Shown: positions 12,365 through 25,839, counted from the whole stretch's first letter. The stretch is 63,287 nucleotides of DNA, filler included, from Mustelus asterias (GCF_964213995.1; 3 parts of 3 records of this genome joined end to end with filler, not necessarily neighbours in it); one strand, 5' to 3'. Numbers and translations are program-made. Notes: generated by a model not told the origin, from the sequence alone.

Positions 12365-13910
12365 CACTGACTCTCTCACCCCCGCCCACACTTCCTCACT
12401 CACCCTCAATCTCTCATCCTCACTCAAAGAACTTCACTCACTCACCCTCACTTACCCAACTTCCCTCGCTGACACACTCTCACTCACTCATCCCCACTCA
12501 CTCATCCCCACTCACTCTCCCTTGCTCACTCATCCAACCTAACACCCTCACACACACCCTCACACACTCACCTTCACACACTCAACCTCACACACTGAGC
12601 CTCACACACTCAACCTCACACACTCAACCTCACGTACTCACCCTCACACACTCACCCTCAGAAACTCACTGATCCTCATTCACCCTGAGTCACTCACCCT
12701 CACACCCTCACTCACTCACAATCACTCACAAACATTCGCTCACTCACTCTCACCCATCCTCACTCACTCACCCACACTCACTCACACACCCTCACTCAAC
12801 CTCACTCATTCAACCTCAATCACACATCCTGAATCACTCATCCTCACACCCTCACTTACTCACTCACATTCACTCACCCTCATTCACTCACTCTCACACC
12901 CTCACTCACCCACCCGCATTCACTCACTCGCACTCACTCACCCTCAGACACCCTCATTTACTCACCCTCATTCACGCACTGTCAGTCAGCCACCCACCCA
13001 CACTCACACCATCACACACTCAACCTCACTCACTGACCCTCAGTCACTCACTCAGAGCCTCAGTCACTCACCAACACCCATACTCACCCTCATTCACTCA
13101 CCCTACTTACCCATCCTCACTCACACAGTCTCACTCACTCTCACTCACTCACCGCACTTACCCACCCTCACTCATCCAGTCTCACTCACTCTCACTCACC
13201 CTCACTCACTCTCCCCACTTACCGACCCTCACTCACCCAGACTCACCCCCACACACTCAAGCTCAATCATCCTCTCTCTTTCACTTACGCCACCTGACCC
13301 ATTCAAACTCACTCAGACTCACGCACCGACATTCACTCACACACCCTCACGTACTCACCATCACTCAACTTCACCCACCCTAACTCACAGATCCTCAATC
13401 ACTCATCCTCACTCAAACACCTTCACTCACTCATCCTCACTCACCCACCCATCCGCATTCATTCTCCCTCACACACTCTCTCACACCACCCCCAATGACA
13501 CACCCTGACTTACTCACTCTCTCACCCTCACTTACTAAGTCATATTCATTCCCTCACCCTCATTCACTCGCTCTCACTCACCCACCTTCGCTAACCTTCA
13601 TGCATCCTCACTCACTCACCCTCATTCATTCATTCTCGCTCACTGACATTCACTCACCCACCTTCACTCACCCATTCAGCCACCTTCACTCACATCCCCC
13701 CTCTCTCACACACCCTCATTTACTCACGCCCTCTCACCCTCACCCACACTTACTCACTCACCCTCAATCACTCATCCTCACTCAAAGAACTTCATTCACT
13801 CACCCTCACTTATGAACTCTCTGTCACTCACACACCATCACTCATCCACTCTCACTCCTTCAATCAGTCCCCCTCACGCACTCACATTCTCTCACTCACC
13901 CTCACTAAAT
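12365..13910. repeat. (CTCA/CACCCTCA)-rich degenerate satellite
   Basis: Many ACTCACCCTC/CACTCA variants with strong C/A strand skew. Confidence 0.95.
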
Positions 13911-14029
13911 CTGTGTGAGGAGGTCTGCAAAGAGAGAGAAGAAAGATCTCAAGCGGCAGTTTGGTGTTCAAATGTGGGAGCTGCCCTGGGAATGCAGAGA
14001 GCTGGAGGGAATCCCTGGGGGCTCAGAGC

Positions 14030-14427
14030 CAGGGACAATGGCAAAGAGCCGGGGAGAACAGGAGGCGTGCTAAAGGGCAGAGAGCAGGGGGTGGGGGGGG
14101 GGGGGGGAGGGCAGAGAGCCTGGGGAAAGGGCACACAGCCGGGCAACAGGGCAGAGAGCCGGGGGAAAGGGCAGAGAGCTAGGAGAAAGGGCAGGGAGCC
14201 AGGTGAAAGGCAAAGAACCAGGGAAAAGGGCAGAGAGACGGAGGAAAGGGCAGAGAGACCAGGGAAAGGGGAGAGAGCCAGGAATAAGGGCAGGGACGCC
14301 GGCGAAACGACAGAGAGCCTAGGAAAAGGGCAAGAGAACGCAGGGGAAAGGGCAGAGAGTCAGGGGGAAAGGGCAGAGAGCCAGGGGAAAGGACAGAGAG
14401 CCAGGGGAAAGGGCAAGAGAACGCAGG
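14030..14427. repeat. About 20-bp purine-rich minisatellite (GGGCAGAGAGCCAGGGGAAA-like)
   Basis: Repeated AAGGGCAGAGAGCC units running into the gap. Confidence 0.85.
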
Positions 14428-14527
14428 NNNNNNNNNNNNNNNNNNNNNNNNNNNNNNNNNNNNNNNNNNNNTTAATTAATTAANNNNNNNNNNNNNNNNN
14501 NNNNNNNNNNNNNNNNNNNNNNNNNNN
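14428..14527. other. Artificial assembly spacer
   Basis: Exactly 44 N + TTAATTAATTAA (stops in all six frames) + 44 N = 100 nt. Confidence 0.95.
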
Positions 14528-14746
14528 CAGTATTCCTGCAATTTGAGTGGCTTGAGGCTGTCACCAACGCCCCAATTTGAATGCAATTGGTTGTGTGCGT
14601 TTGAGAGCTTGTTTTAAAATCATTGGTCCAGTTCAAAGCCTGTTTTGCTCTGCTGGGACTCTGGCTGCTGCTTTGGACACAAATGTTGTAAAGTTGTGTT
14701 CTGCAGCCTGCTTTCTGCAGTTTAAAATCCCCAGCACAGAGACACA

Positions 14747-17700
14747 GGCTTTCTAAAGACACAACGCTGGATGGTTCGTTTTGGTTTTCTCAGCATTTCT
14801 TTTCAATATTTACATTTGTCAAACACCACATTTTTAACCTGATATACGCAACTTCATAACAATATTGGACAGGGAGAAAGAGATCGGGAGAGACAGAGAG
14901 AAAGTCACACAAAGAGAGAGAGAGACAGGGAGACAGAGAGAGAGAGAGAGAGTCACATGGAGTAATGAGGATGGGGCCTGGATGTGAATGTGGTTGGTGT
15001 AGACCTGATGGGCCGAATGGCCTCCTTCTGTACTGTAGGATTCTATGATTCTGTAATGGGGGCTGCGTGTGGTGTGAGGGGAGGGTGGAAGGGGACAGGG
15101 GGTGGGGGAAGCACTGGTTCCCTTTTCCCCCCTCCCTCCTCCCAGGCCCTGTCCGGGAGGTTTCGGGGCTGGAGGGGATTGTTCTGGTGAACTGGCCGGG
15201 GCCTGGGGAACCTGTTCTTTGTCCAGGATGTATAATGCAGCCTCTGTGACCAGGCCTCAATCCCAGGCCTAACCTCAGGAAGGCTTTTGCATTTTGCTCC
15301 TTTTCCAAACAGTGCCTGTGTTTAAATCGATGGGACTCGACGGTCGAATAAAACCTGCAGCAGACACTTTAATACAAAGAACAGCACAGCACAGGAACAG
15401 GTCCTTTGGCCCTCCAAGCCTGCGCCGATCATGTTTACCTATCGAGACCAATGGCCTGTATCCCTCTCTACCCCGTTTGTTCATGTGTCTATCCAGATAA
15501 GTCTTAAATGTCACTAATGTATCTGCCCCAACCACCTCACTTGGCAGCGCATTCCAGGCCCCCACCACCCTCTGTGTAAAAACCTTCCCCGCACATCTCC
15601 ACTCAACCTTTCCCCCCTTATCTTGAACTTGTTCCCCTTGTAATTATCATTTCTGTCCTGGGAAAAAGCTCCCAACTGTTTATCCTCGCCACACCCCTCA
15701 TAATTTTATAAACTTCCAGCTGGTCGTCCCTCAGCCTCCGTCTTTCCAGGGAGAACAATCCCAGTTTATTCAATCAATCCTCACAGCCAATACCCTCCAT
15801 ACCAGGCAACATCCTGGTCAACCCTTTCATTGGATTTGGGATGTGATTGTGGGTTTTCCTGCTATATCTCTTTCTCTTCAATCTTTCTCCCGTGATTGTG
15901 AGTTATCAGGGAGGGAGAGAGAGAGAGAGAGAGAAAGGGATGGTAACAGAGAGAGAGAGAGAGAGGGCAAAGGCAGAGGGGCAGGGAGAGGAGAGAGATT
16001 GGAGGGGAGTGGGTTAGCTGGGGGGGGGGGGGGGGAGCCTCCGCTGTGCACTCACAGCCCACCCAGCTCCCCAGTCTCTGGTTCGGTGCATTAACCCACT
16101 CTGGTGCATTAACAGGCGCCAGAGTGTGGCGACTAGGAGAATTTCACAGTAACTTCATTGCAGTGTTAATGTAAGCCTTACTTGTGACTAAGAAATAAAC
16201 TTTACTTTTTACTTTACTCTGAGATAAAGACCCTCACTCACAGCCTCCCAGAAGGTGGGATTTAGAAACAGCGACTGTGTCACTGAGGCTGAATCTGTGC
16301 TGTTGTGTTTGAAAATATATTTTCCTCATATTTGATGTGTTGTAAAGATATTGGAATCTGGCTGCTGCCACATTGCAGTGAGAGAGAGATCTGGCTTTGC
16401 AGGAGGAGCTTCCCTCCCCATTTCCCCATGGAAATCACTGAGAAATAGCAAACGTGGCCCACAACACGTCATTATTTGAAACGGTCAGACAGAAACTTAT
16501 CAGAGAGAGCATTTTAATCCCCATTCATCCCCAGACGGAGAAACAGAGCAGAGATCAGGACAGATTATCCAGAGTAGGAGAGACCGGGGCAGAGATGGGG
16601 TTTGGATATATATAGATCTGGGGGGAAAGCAAAAGAGACACAGAGGGGGCTGGACAGGTTCAGAGATAGAGGGAGAGAGAAACAGCGAGAGAAAGAGGGA
16701 ATCAGAGAGAGGTGGGACTCTGCTCGAAGTGGAAGGTTCCCAGTTCAGATCGAATGTACTAACAGCACCAATGCTGGAGTGACTTATTATTTTCATTTGG
16801 GGTGGGGGAGAGATGGAGGGGAGAGAGAGGGAGACGTGTGGTTCCCTCATTTCCCACTCACTTCACCCCAATCCTCACTTCAAAATCACTTTGTATCTGG
16901 CCCTGTTCAAGCTGTGTGTGGGATCTTGCTGTGCACTCATGCTCTGTCCCCCTGCCCCATATTCCTCACACTATGACAGAGCCCCATGCTTTAAACATGA
17001 AAAGATGGAGGGGAAGGCGGGTGGGGTAGAGAGAGAGGAACAGAGAATGGGTGGGGAGTGTGGGGGGGCTCAGTGGAGGGGGGTAGGGGGATAGAGACAG
17101 AGGCTCTGGGGGTGGGGGGTGTCCTCCTGCAGTGTGGGACTCCCTGTGGGATCCTGATTGCAGCATTCCCAGTCTCTCTCCCTCTCACTGTGAAGCACTC
17201 GGGAGGGAGAGGGAGCTGAAATTCAAATTCCTGAGCCTGGGGGAAAGGCTTGTTCTCAATCCCAGAGTCCTGCTTGTGTTTTTAGACAGGGCGCTGGGAT
17301 CTGTGGGTGTGGCTTTCTAAAGACACAACGCTGGATGGTTCGTTTTGGTTTTCTCAGCATTTCTTTTCAATATTTACATTTCTCAAACACCACATCTTTA
17401 ACCTTATATATGCAGCTTCATAACCATATTACAGAGAGACAGAGAGAAAGAGACAGAGAGGGGGGGAGAGAGAGAAAGGGAGAGAGAGACAGAGAGGGGA
17501 GAGTGAGGGAGAGCAGGAAAGGGCAGCAAGAGGTGAGGTTTGTGGGGGGTGCAGTGAGGGGGTGGGGGAAGAGACACAGGATCTGGGGGTCTCTCGTGTG
17601 GAGGGAGAGAGAGGGAGACGTGTGGTTCCCTCATTTCCCACTCACTTTACCCCAATCCTCATTTAAAAATCACTTTGTATCTGGCCCTGCTCAGACTGTG

Positions 17701-20700
17701 TGTGTGGGATCTTGCTGTGCCCTCATGCTCTGTCCCCCCTCCTCCCCTCCTCATATTTCCCGCACCGTGACGGCGCCCCACATTTTAAACATGAAAAGAT
17801 GGAGGGGAAGGAGGGTGGGGTAGAGAGAGGAACAGAGAAGGGGTGGGGAGTGTGGGGGGGCTCAGTGGAGGGGGGTAGGGGGACAGAGACAGAGGCTCTG
17901 GGGGTGGGGGGGTGTCCTCCTGCAGTGTGGGACTCCCTGTGGGATCCTGATTGCAGCATTCCCAGTCTCTGAGAGAGAAAGAGAAAGACAGGGAGGGAGG
18001 GAGAAAGAGAGAGAGAGGGAAAGACAGAGAGAGAGAGAGAGAGAAAGAGGGGGAAAGACAGTGAGAGAGAGAGAGACAGGCAGGGATAAAGAGAGAGAGA
18101 AACAGTGTGAGGGAGAGAGAGAGAAAGATGGAGGGAGTGGGAGAGAGAGAAAGATGGACGGAGAGAGAGAGAGAAAGGCAGACAGGGAGTGAGAGAGAAA
18201 GATGGAGGGAGTGGGAGAGAGAGAGGGGGAAAACTGGAAAAGAAAGCAAGAGGTGAGGTTTGTGGGGGTGCAGTGGGTGAGGTGCAGTGAGGGGGTGGGG
18301 GAAGAGACACAGGATCACAGTGACCCGAGCCGGGAATTGAACCCGGGTCCCTGGAGCTGTGAGGCAGCAGCGCCAACCACTGTGCCCCCGTGTGGCCCTA
18401 CACGTTATGATTCAATTCTGAGGGTCCCGGGGCGAGGGGGGGGGGGTGGATTTCACTGCCTCAGCCCCTCTCTGCCTCACTCTCCCTCTGTATAAACATT
18501 TCCCAAATTAAAACACACAACACAGCGAACTGCACCTTCTGGGATCTTCCAGAGCACCACAGAGATTGTGTTTTAAAAAGGGTTTGGCTTCGTTTTAAGA
18601 GGGAGTTCAACCCTTTCTGAAAATTTGGGATGAGACACACACAAACACACAGACAGATACACACACAGACACACACACACACAGGGTAGTGAGTGGGGAA
18701 GGGGGCTCACAGCAGGCGAGAGTGTTGGGGGTGTGTTGGGGAGGACTGTGTCCCATCTGATTCAGGTTCACATTGTTGCTGCTGCTGTTGTGGGATCTTG
18801 CTGTGCACACACTGGGCCTGTGGCCTTTGCTCGCACTGCAACAGCGACCACACTTTATTAAACAAAATCTCGCTCACGGACCGCAAAGTGGGTTCAAAGG
18901 AAAGAAAGTGGAAACGGGGGTCGGGTAAATTAAAGCACTTAAATCACCGAGGCATCGTAGGCTGTGCAGCAAGTGCTGGGGAATGGGGGGAGTATAGATT
19001 GGGATTTGACGGCCAGCATAGACCTGGTGGGCCGAAGGGCCTGTTTCTGTGCTGTGTGACTCCAGATTCTCCTCTCTCTTTTCCCAGGAATTTCTATTTG
19101 GATGGAGGGTTCATAATTTCCCTGTCTCTGTCTCTCCAGCGTTCTTCCCAATCTCTGCACCCCTCCCCTCTCTCTCTCCCCAGACATTCCTGTCTATATT
19201 TCACCTTTCAATCAAATGTGAAGGAAAACACCAATGTTAATTTTTTTGATTTAATTTCAGGGAGGGAAAGACAGAGAGAGAGAAAGAGAGAGACAGGGAG
19301 GGAGGGAAAGACAGACAGAGACAGAGAAAGACAGGGAGGGGGGAAAGGAGAGAAAGACAGAGAGAGAGAGAGAGAAAGGCAGCCGAATAAAACCAGCAGC
19401 AGCCGCTTTAATCCATCGGATTGGGGATGTGATTGTGGGTTTTCCTGCTGTATCTCTCTCTCCCATCTTTCTCCTTTGATTGTGAGTTATCAGGGAGGGA
19501 GAGAGAAAGGGAGGGTAACAGAGGGAGATCAAAGGCAGAGGGGCAGGGAGAGGAGACACACTGGAGGGGGGCTGGGTTAGGGGGGGGGGTCCTCTGCTCT
19601 GCACTCACAGCCCAGCTCCCCAGTCTCTGGGGGAAAAGACCCTCACTCACACCCTCCCAGAAGGTGGGATTTGTAACCAGCGGCTGTGTGACTGAGGCTG
19701 AATCTGTGCTGTTGTGTTTGAAAAGATTTTTTCCCAATATAAAGATATTGGAATCTGGCTGCTGCCACATTGCAGTGAGAGAGAGATCTGGCTTTGCAGG
19801 AGGAGCTTCCCTCCCCATTTCCCCATGGAAATCACTGAGAAATAGCAAACGTGGCCCACAACACGTCATTATTTGAAACGGTCAGACAGAAACTTATCAG
19901 AGAGAGCATTTTAATCCCCATTCATCCCCAGACGGAGAAACAGAGCAGAGATCAGGACAGATTATCCAGAGTAGGAGAGACCGGGGCAGAGATGGGGTTT
20001 GGATATATATAGATCTGGGGGGAAAGCAAAAGAGACACAGAGGGGGCTGGACAGGTTCAGAGATAGAGGCAGAGAAACAGGCAGAGAGAAAGAAACAGCG
20101 AGAGACAGAGGGAATGGGAGAGAGAGGTGTGACTGTGCTCGAAGTGGAAGGTTCCCTGTTCATATTGAATGTACAAACAGCCCCAATCCTGGAGTGACTT
20201 GTCATTATTTTTATTTGGGGTGGGGGAAGAGATGGAGGGGGGGAGCGAGGGAGAGAGAGGGAGAAGTGTGGTTCCCTCATTGCCCACTCACTTTAGCCCA
20301 ATCCTCACTTAAAAATCACTTTGTATCTAGCCCTGCTCAGACTGTGTGTGGGATCTTGCTGTGCCCTCCTCCCCGCCCCATATTCCCTGCACTGTGACAG
20401 CGCCCCACACTTTAAACATGAAAAGATGGAGAGGAAGGAGGGTGGGGTAGAGAGAGAGGAACAGAGAATGGGTGGGGAGTGTGGGGGGGCTCAGTGGAGG
20501 GGGGGTAGGGGGATAGAGACAGAGGCTCTGGGGGTGGGGGGGGGTGTCCTCCTGCAGTGTGGGACTCCCTGTGGGATCCTGATTGCAGCATTCCCAGTCT
20601 CTCTCTCTCTCACTGTGAAGCACTCGGGAGGGAGAGGGAGCTGAAATTCAAATTCCTGAGCCTGGGGGAAAGGCTTGTTCTCAATCCCAGAGTCCTGCTT

Positions 20701-21150
20701 GTGTTTTTAGACAGGGCGCTGGGATTTGTGGGTGTGGATAGAGAAGATTGTTCTGTTTAACTGGGGGGTGGGAGAGAGGGGGGTTTGTTCTTTCTACCGG
20801 AGGAATAATGCAGCCTCTGTGACTAGGCCTCACTTCACGGCCTAAATCTCAGCAGCACTTTTGCATTCGCTTAATTCCCCAACAGGGTTTAAGTGGCTGA
20901 ATTCAATGGTTCAATAAAATGTGAAGCAGCCGCTTCAGGGTGGGATTGTGGATTTTCCAGCTCCCGCCCCCTTCTCATTTCCCTTTTGATTGTGAGTTTT
21001 ATTTTAAACGGTCAGACAGAAACTTAGAGAGAGCATTTCAATCCAGATTCGCCTCGAGATAGAGAAACAGAGCAGAGATCAGGACAGGTTATCCAGAGAC
21101 AGGAGCAGAGACGGGGTATTGGACAGATAGAGATCTGGGGGGAAGTGTGT
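14747..21150 (+). repeat. Mosaic local duplication; main pair about 15830-17310 and 19420-20735, with partial copies
   Basis: Near-identical blocks offset by about 3.4 kb, e.g. GACCCTCACTCACA near 16229/19639 and CTGAAATTCAAATTCCTGAGCC at 17216/20641. Partial copies at 14747/17311, 17600-17970 and 21000-21150. Confidence 0.9.
15372..15826 (-). mobile_element. CR1-type LINE 3' end
   Basis: Minus-strand translation VGAWNALPSEVVGADTLVTFKTYLDRHM, followed by a 3' UTR ending in CTGTGCTGTTCT. Confidence 0.85.
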
Positions 21151-21849
21151 AAGAGACGGAGAGGGAGAAACAGAGTGAGGGGAGAGAGGTGACTGATAGA
21201 AGTGGGAACTTCATTGGGGCCTCCTGTGTTTTTTCACTGGCCTGTCTCTGGAGTAAAGCCCCCAGAATGCTTTGATGTGTTTAATAAATTCAATATCGGG
21301 ACAGTCAGGAGGCAGTTGGAAGTTCATTGCATTTGAAACGTGTTCCCATTTTGTCAGGGTTTAATAATGAGGAGGTGAAAATGAATGTTTCCCCCACCTC
21401 CCCCAGTGAAATTGTGAATTTCAGCAAGTCCTGGGATCTTGCTGTGCCTTTTATTGTTTATAATCAGCTTTTGTTTTGTGTTTAATCAAATTTCACTTTA
21501 TTTTCTCTTTCTCTCTTCCAAGGAGAATTCCTTTGGAAACTTTGGCGATGCAGAGAGCGAATAGTTTTGCCGTGAGGAATCCTCGGACAAGAGCTATAAC
21601 CAGAGAGAAAAATATTAATAAAAGTCCCCGTGTCTTGGTCGTTCATTTTTATTCACAGATAGACTGGTGGGGCTTTTACACGGAGGGTTAGTGGTCTGTG
21701 TGTCAGGGGGAGGGGGTATTCCCAGTGATCCCTGCTCCAATGTAATCCCAGATTTCAATCCCTCTCCCTGAAGCTCTGTCTGTGCAACTCCCCCATCCTC
21801 AGAACTGTTTCTCCACATCTTTCCAATCCCTGTCTCTCCCCATCCTTTA

Positions 21850-22645
21850 TACCTCAGCCTCTCAAAATGGCAGCATCTTTCTCCCTTTTCTCTCATTCTC
21901 TCTATCTTTCACTCTCTCTCTGAAACTTTGTCACTGTCTTGCCAAAGCCCCACTTTCTATTTATCTCGACATCTCACTTTGTATCTCAGCCTCTCTGCAC
22001 ATCTCTCTCTCCCTCTCTGTGGATCATTTTATCTCAATCACAGCAGCCTCCTCTCCATCTCTCTCTCGCTCTATCTATCTCTGCTCCCTCTCTGACTCAT
22101 TCTGTCTGAAGTACAGCAGCATTCTCTCTATCTCCATCTTTTCACAGTAACTTCATTGCAGTGTTAATGTAAGCCTACTTGTGACGAATAAAATTTGAAC
22201 TTTAACTCTGCTTCTCTGTCTTATCTCTCTAGCTATCTGCTTGACTCTCTCTATCTCTCTCTGCTTCCCCCTCTCTCTATCTCTGCCTCCCCCTGACTCA
22301 GTCTGTTTGAATTAAAGTAGCATCCTCTGTCTCTATATCTCTATCTGTTCTCTGCTTCCCTCTCTCTGTGAATCATTGTCTGAATCACAGCAGATTCCTC
22401 ACTAACTCCATCTCTATATCTCTGTCTCTTATCTCTGCTCCCTCCCTTCTCTGTGAATCAATGTCTGAATTACAGTCGCATCCTATCTCCATCTCTATAT
22501 CTCTCTGCCTCTTATCTCTCTCTGTATCTGATCTCTGCTTCCCTCTCTCTGTGAATCATTCTGTCTGAATTACAGTAGCATTCTCTCTAACTCCATCTCT
22601 ATATCTCTCTGCTTCTCTGCCTCTTATCTCCCTCTCTGCTCTCTC
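21850..22645. repeat. CT-rich low complexity with a degenerate about 90-bp unit (TCTGAATTACAG.AGCAT.CTCT)
   Basis: GTCTGAA...CAG.AGCAT.CT recurs roughly five times among CT tracts. Confidence 0.7.
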
Positions 22646-22699
22646 GTGGGGGACGGGCCAGATCACGGGTTTGCTGTTCACAAGCAGCAAAGGCCCAGG

Positions 22700-24567
22700 A
22701 ACGCAGAGGGAGGGAATCGGGGGCAATTCAGAGGGATTCAGCACTGCTGAAAGGGGGGAGTGTGTAATACAGGGGCTTGTTCAGAGCCAGGGGCTATTAG
22801 ACAGAGAGGGAAGGGGCTGGTGGAGGAGGCTGTTGTACAAGAGGGGGGAATATTATAACACAGGCTGACCAGAGTCAGGGGTTATCAGAGAAAGGGGGCA
22901 ATTGAGGGGGGGGGGGGAATCAGACAGGGGGTCTGTTGTACAGGATGGGGGTGCGGGATGTTATAACACAGGCTGCTCAGTGTCAGGGGAATTAGTCGTT
23001 TGAACGTTAATGTTTAAAATGGGCAGAGTTTCCACATCCAACTCCACCAGGAGCTGTTTACAGGGGGGTGGTGGACGGGGATAGATGTGTGGTGGGGGGG
23101 GGGTTACTAATTAGAAGGGGGGGGATCTGTCAGTCCAGAGGCTGTTCACAGGGAGGGAGTGGGAATTTGCCAGGTTGAGAGGGGTGGGGGGAAAGAGGGG
23201 AACTTAGAGGGATATTCAGCCGGGGGGCTTTGAAGATGGTTTGGGCAGTGGGGGAGCGGGGTACGGGGCTCAGAGGGAAGGATCGGGAGATTTAGAGGGA
23301 TTGTGAGGAGGGACAACAGATTTGGCTGGAGTGGGGGGGGGGGGGGGGGGGAATTGACAGGGATTCAAGGAGGAGAGTGTAGAGGGATGTAGGGAGAGAC
23401 TCAGGGATTGTGGTCGGGAATTAGAGGGATTCAGGGGGATTTAAGGGTCTCATGGGGACTTTGGGATTTAGCGGGACTGAGAGGGAGGGAATCGGGGGAA
23501 CAGAGGGGGATTCGGGAAGGGGGGGTTTAGAGGGGGATTTCTGGGGTTCTGAGGGATACAGGAGGGATTGGGGGGCTTACGGGGATTAAAAGACATGGTT
23601 TGGTGCTCAGACAGATTGAAGGGGTGGGATTGGAGAGGGAGCAGGATTCGGGGGCAGAGGAATGTGGCGAGGGTGGGTGCGATCTCGGGAGACATTCAGG
23701 GGAGATTCTAGAGGAATCTCAGGGGCTTAGAATCTGGGGACGGTCTGGATGGGGTAGGGAGTCAGAGAGGGGGTTAGCGGGAGGGGCGATTTGGGGTGGA
23801 GGGAAAGGGATTGAGGGCGGGGTGGATTCATAGGGATTTGGGAGGGGGGAAATTCAGAGAGGGATTTAGGGTGTGGCCTTGCATCAGGGTTAGAATTGGG
23901 GGGGTGCCGAGCGATTCGGAGCGGGGGGGGTGACTCAGAGGGATACAGGGGTGGGGAGGACTGAGGAAGGATTGGGTGCAGGCGTCAGGGGGGGCTTGAG
24001 TTTGGCAGGGGGGGCAAAGGGAGCCTTTGGGGGGGGCTGAGGAATTGGGGCAGGAACTTGGAGGATTCAGGGGGCTGAGAGTCAGATTGGCAGTGGGTGT
24101 CAGAGAGATTGAGCGGGGGGAGGGGGTGCTTACAGAGTCGGATGAAAGGAGATGGGGCAGAGGGACAGGGAATCAGGTGGGGGAAAGAGGAGTTTTGGGG
24201 GGGGAATTAGTGGAGATTGAGGGCGGGGGGTTGAGAAGGATTGGGAGGGGCTCAGAGGGCTTTGGCGGTGAGTTCCTGAGAGAGAGTGAGTGGGGGGGTG
24301 ATTAGAGTGGGATTGGAGAAGATTGGGCAGAGAGGATCAGGGGGAGGGGCAGAGAGGATCGGGAGGAGGGGCAGAGAGAGATTGGGCAGAGGGGAGGTTC
24401 AGAGGGGTTTAAGTGGAGGGACTGAGAGTGGGTTTGGGCAGTGGGGATTTAAAGGGGGTTTTGGGGGGTGGGGAACCTGGAGGGGAGAGGGGAATTTGGG
24501 GGTGAGAGATTGAGTGCGGCAGGTTTAGGATTGGGAGTGGGTTCAGGAGTCGGGGGGGATTAGGCTC
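22700..24567 (+). repeat. G-rich low-complexity field
   Basis: Dense G3-G20 runs with GGATT/CAGAGGG motifs. Confidence 0.9.
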
Positions 24568-24880
24568 AGTGGGGGTTGGGTCTGTCGGTGGGTGTGGGGT
24601 TCGGGTCTGTCGGTGGGGGTGGGGTTCGGGTCTGTCGGTGGGGGTGGGGTTCGGGTCTGTCGGTGGGGGTGGGGTTCGGGTCTGTCGGTGGGGGTGGGTG
24701 TGGGGTTCGGGTCTGTCGGTGGGGGCTGGGTCTGTCGGTGGGGGTGGGGTTTGGGTCTGTCGGTGGGGGTGGGGTTTGGGTCTGTCGGTGGGGGTGGGGT
24801 TTGGGTCTGTCGGTGGGGGTGGGGTTTGGGTCTGTCGGTGGGGGTGGGGTTTGGGTCTGTCGGTGGGGGTGGGGTTTGGG
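24568..24880 (+). repeat. 25-bp tandem repeat GGGTCTGTCGGTGGGGGTGGGGTTY
   Basis: Unit starts at 24603, 24628 and onward; about 12 copies. Confidence 0.95.
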
Positions 24881-25036
24881 GACAGGAGTTCAGGAGCTGG
24901 GGAGGGGCCCCTATGGATAGGGCTGGGATTTGGGGGGAGGGGGGGTGAAATCCTGGTGGGACTGGAGGGTCTCAGAGGAATTGGTCAGGGCGGGTCTGAG
25001 AGGGGGGGACAGCTCGGGGGGGGGAAGGGGAACAAG

Positions 25037-25622
25037 CGGGGGGCGGGCAGTCGGGGGGCGGGCAGTCGGGGGGCGGGCAGTCGGGGGGCGGGCAGTCGGG
25101 GGCGGGCAGTCGGGGGGCGGGCAGTCGGGGGGCGGGCAGTCGGGGGGCGGGCAGTCGGGGGGCGGGCAGTCGGGGGGCGGGCAGTCGGGGGGCGGCCAGT
25201 CGGGGGGCGGCCAGTCGGGGGGCGGGCAGTCGGGGGGCGGCCAGTCGGGGGGCGGCCAGTCGGGGGGCGGCCAGTCGGGGGGCGGCCAGTCGGGGGGCGG
25301 CCAGTCGGGGGGCGGCCAGTCGGGGGGCGGCCAGTCGGGGGGCGGCCAGTCGGGGGGCGGCCAGTCGGGGGGCGGCCAGTCGGGGGGCGGCCAGTCGGGG
25401 GGCGGCCAGTCGGGGGGCGGCCAGTCGGGGGGCGGCCAGTCGGGGGGCGGCCAGTCGGGGGGCGGCCAGTCGGGGGGCGGCCAGTCGGGGGGCGGCCAGT
25501 CGGGGGGCGGCCAGTCGGGGGGCGGCCAGTCGGGGGGCGGCCAGTCGGGGGGCGGCCAGTCGGGGGGCGGCCAGTCGGGGGGCGGCCAGTCGGGGGGCGG
25601 CCAGTCGGGGGGCGGCCAGTCG
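25037..25622 (+). repeat. 15-bp tandem repeat CGGGGGGCGG(G/C)CAGT
   Basis: About 39 near-perfect units running into a gap. Confidence 0.97.
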
Positions 25623-25839
25623 NNNNNNNNNNNNNNNNNNNNNNNNNNNNNNNNNNNNNNNNNNNNNNNNNNNNNNNNNNNNNNNNNNNNNNNNNNNNNN
25701 NNNNNNNNNNNNNNNNNNNNNNNNNNNNNNNNNNNNNNNNNNNNNNNNNNNNNNNNNNNNNNNNNNNNNNNNNNNNNNNNNNNNNNNNNNNNNNNNNNNN
25801 NNNNNNNNNNNNNNNNNNNNNNNNNNNNNNNNNNNNNNN
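25623..25839. other. Assembly gap (217 N, no linker)
   Basis: Run of N. Confidence 0.99.

Noticed and set aside
9607-14483. His/Thr/Ser/Leu-rich ORFs
   Set aside because: Products of CA/CT and CTCA simple repeats, with no splice or domain evidence.
17186-17270. CACTGTG followed by a J-like peptide KFKFLSLGERLVLNP (also near 20611)
   Set aside because: No nonamer at 12 or 23 spacing, no FGXG or WGXG motif, and no convincing splice donor.
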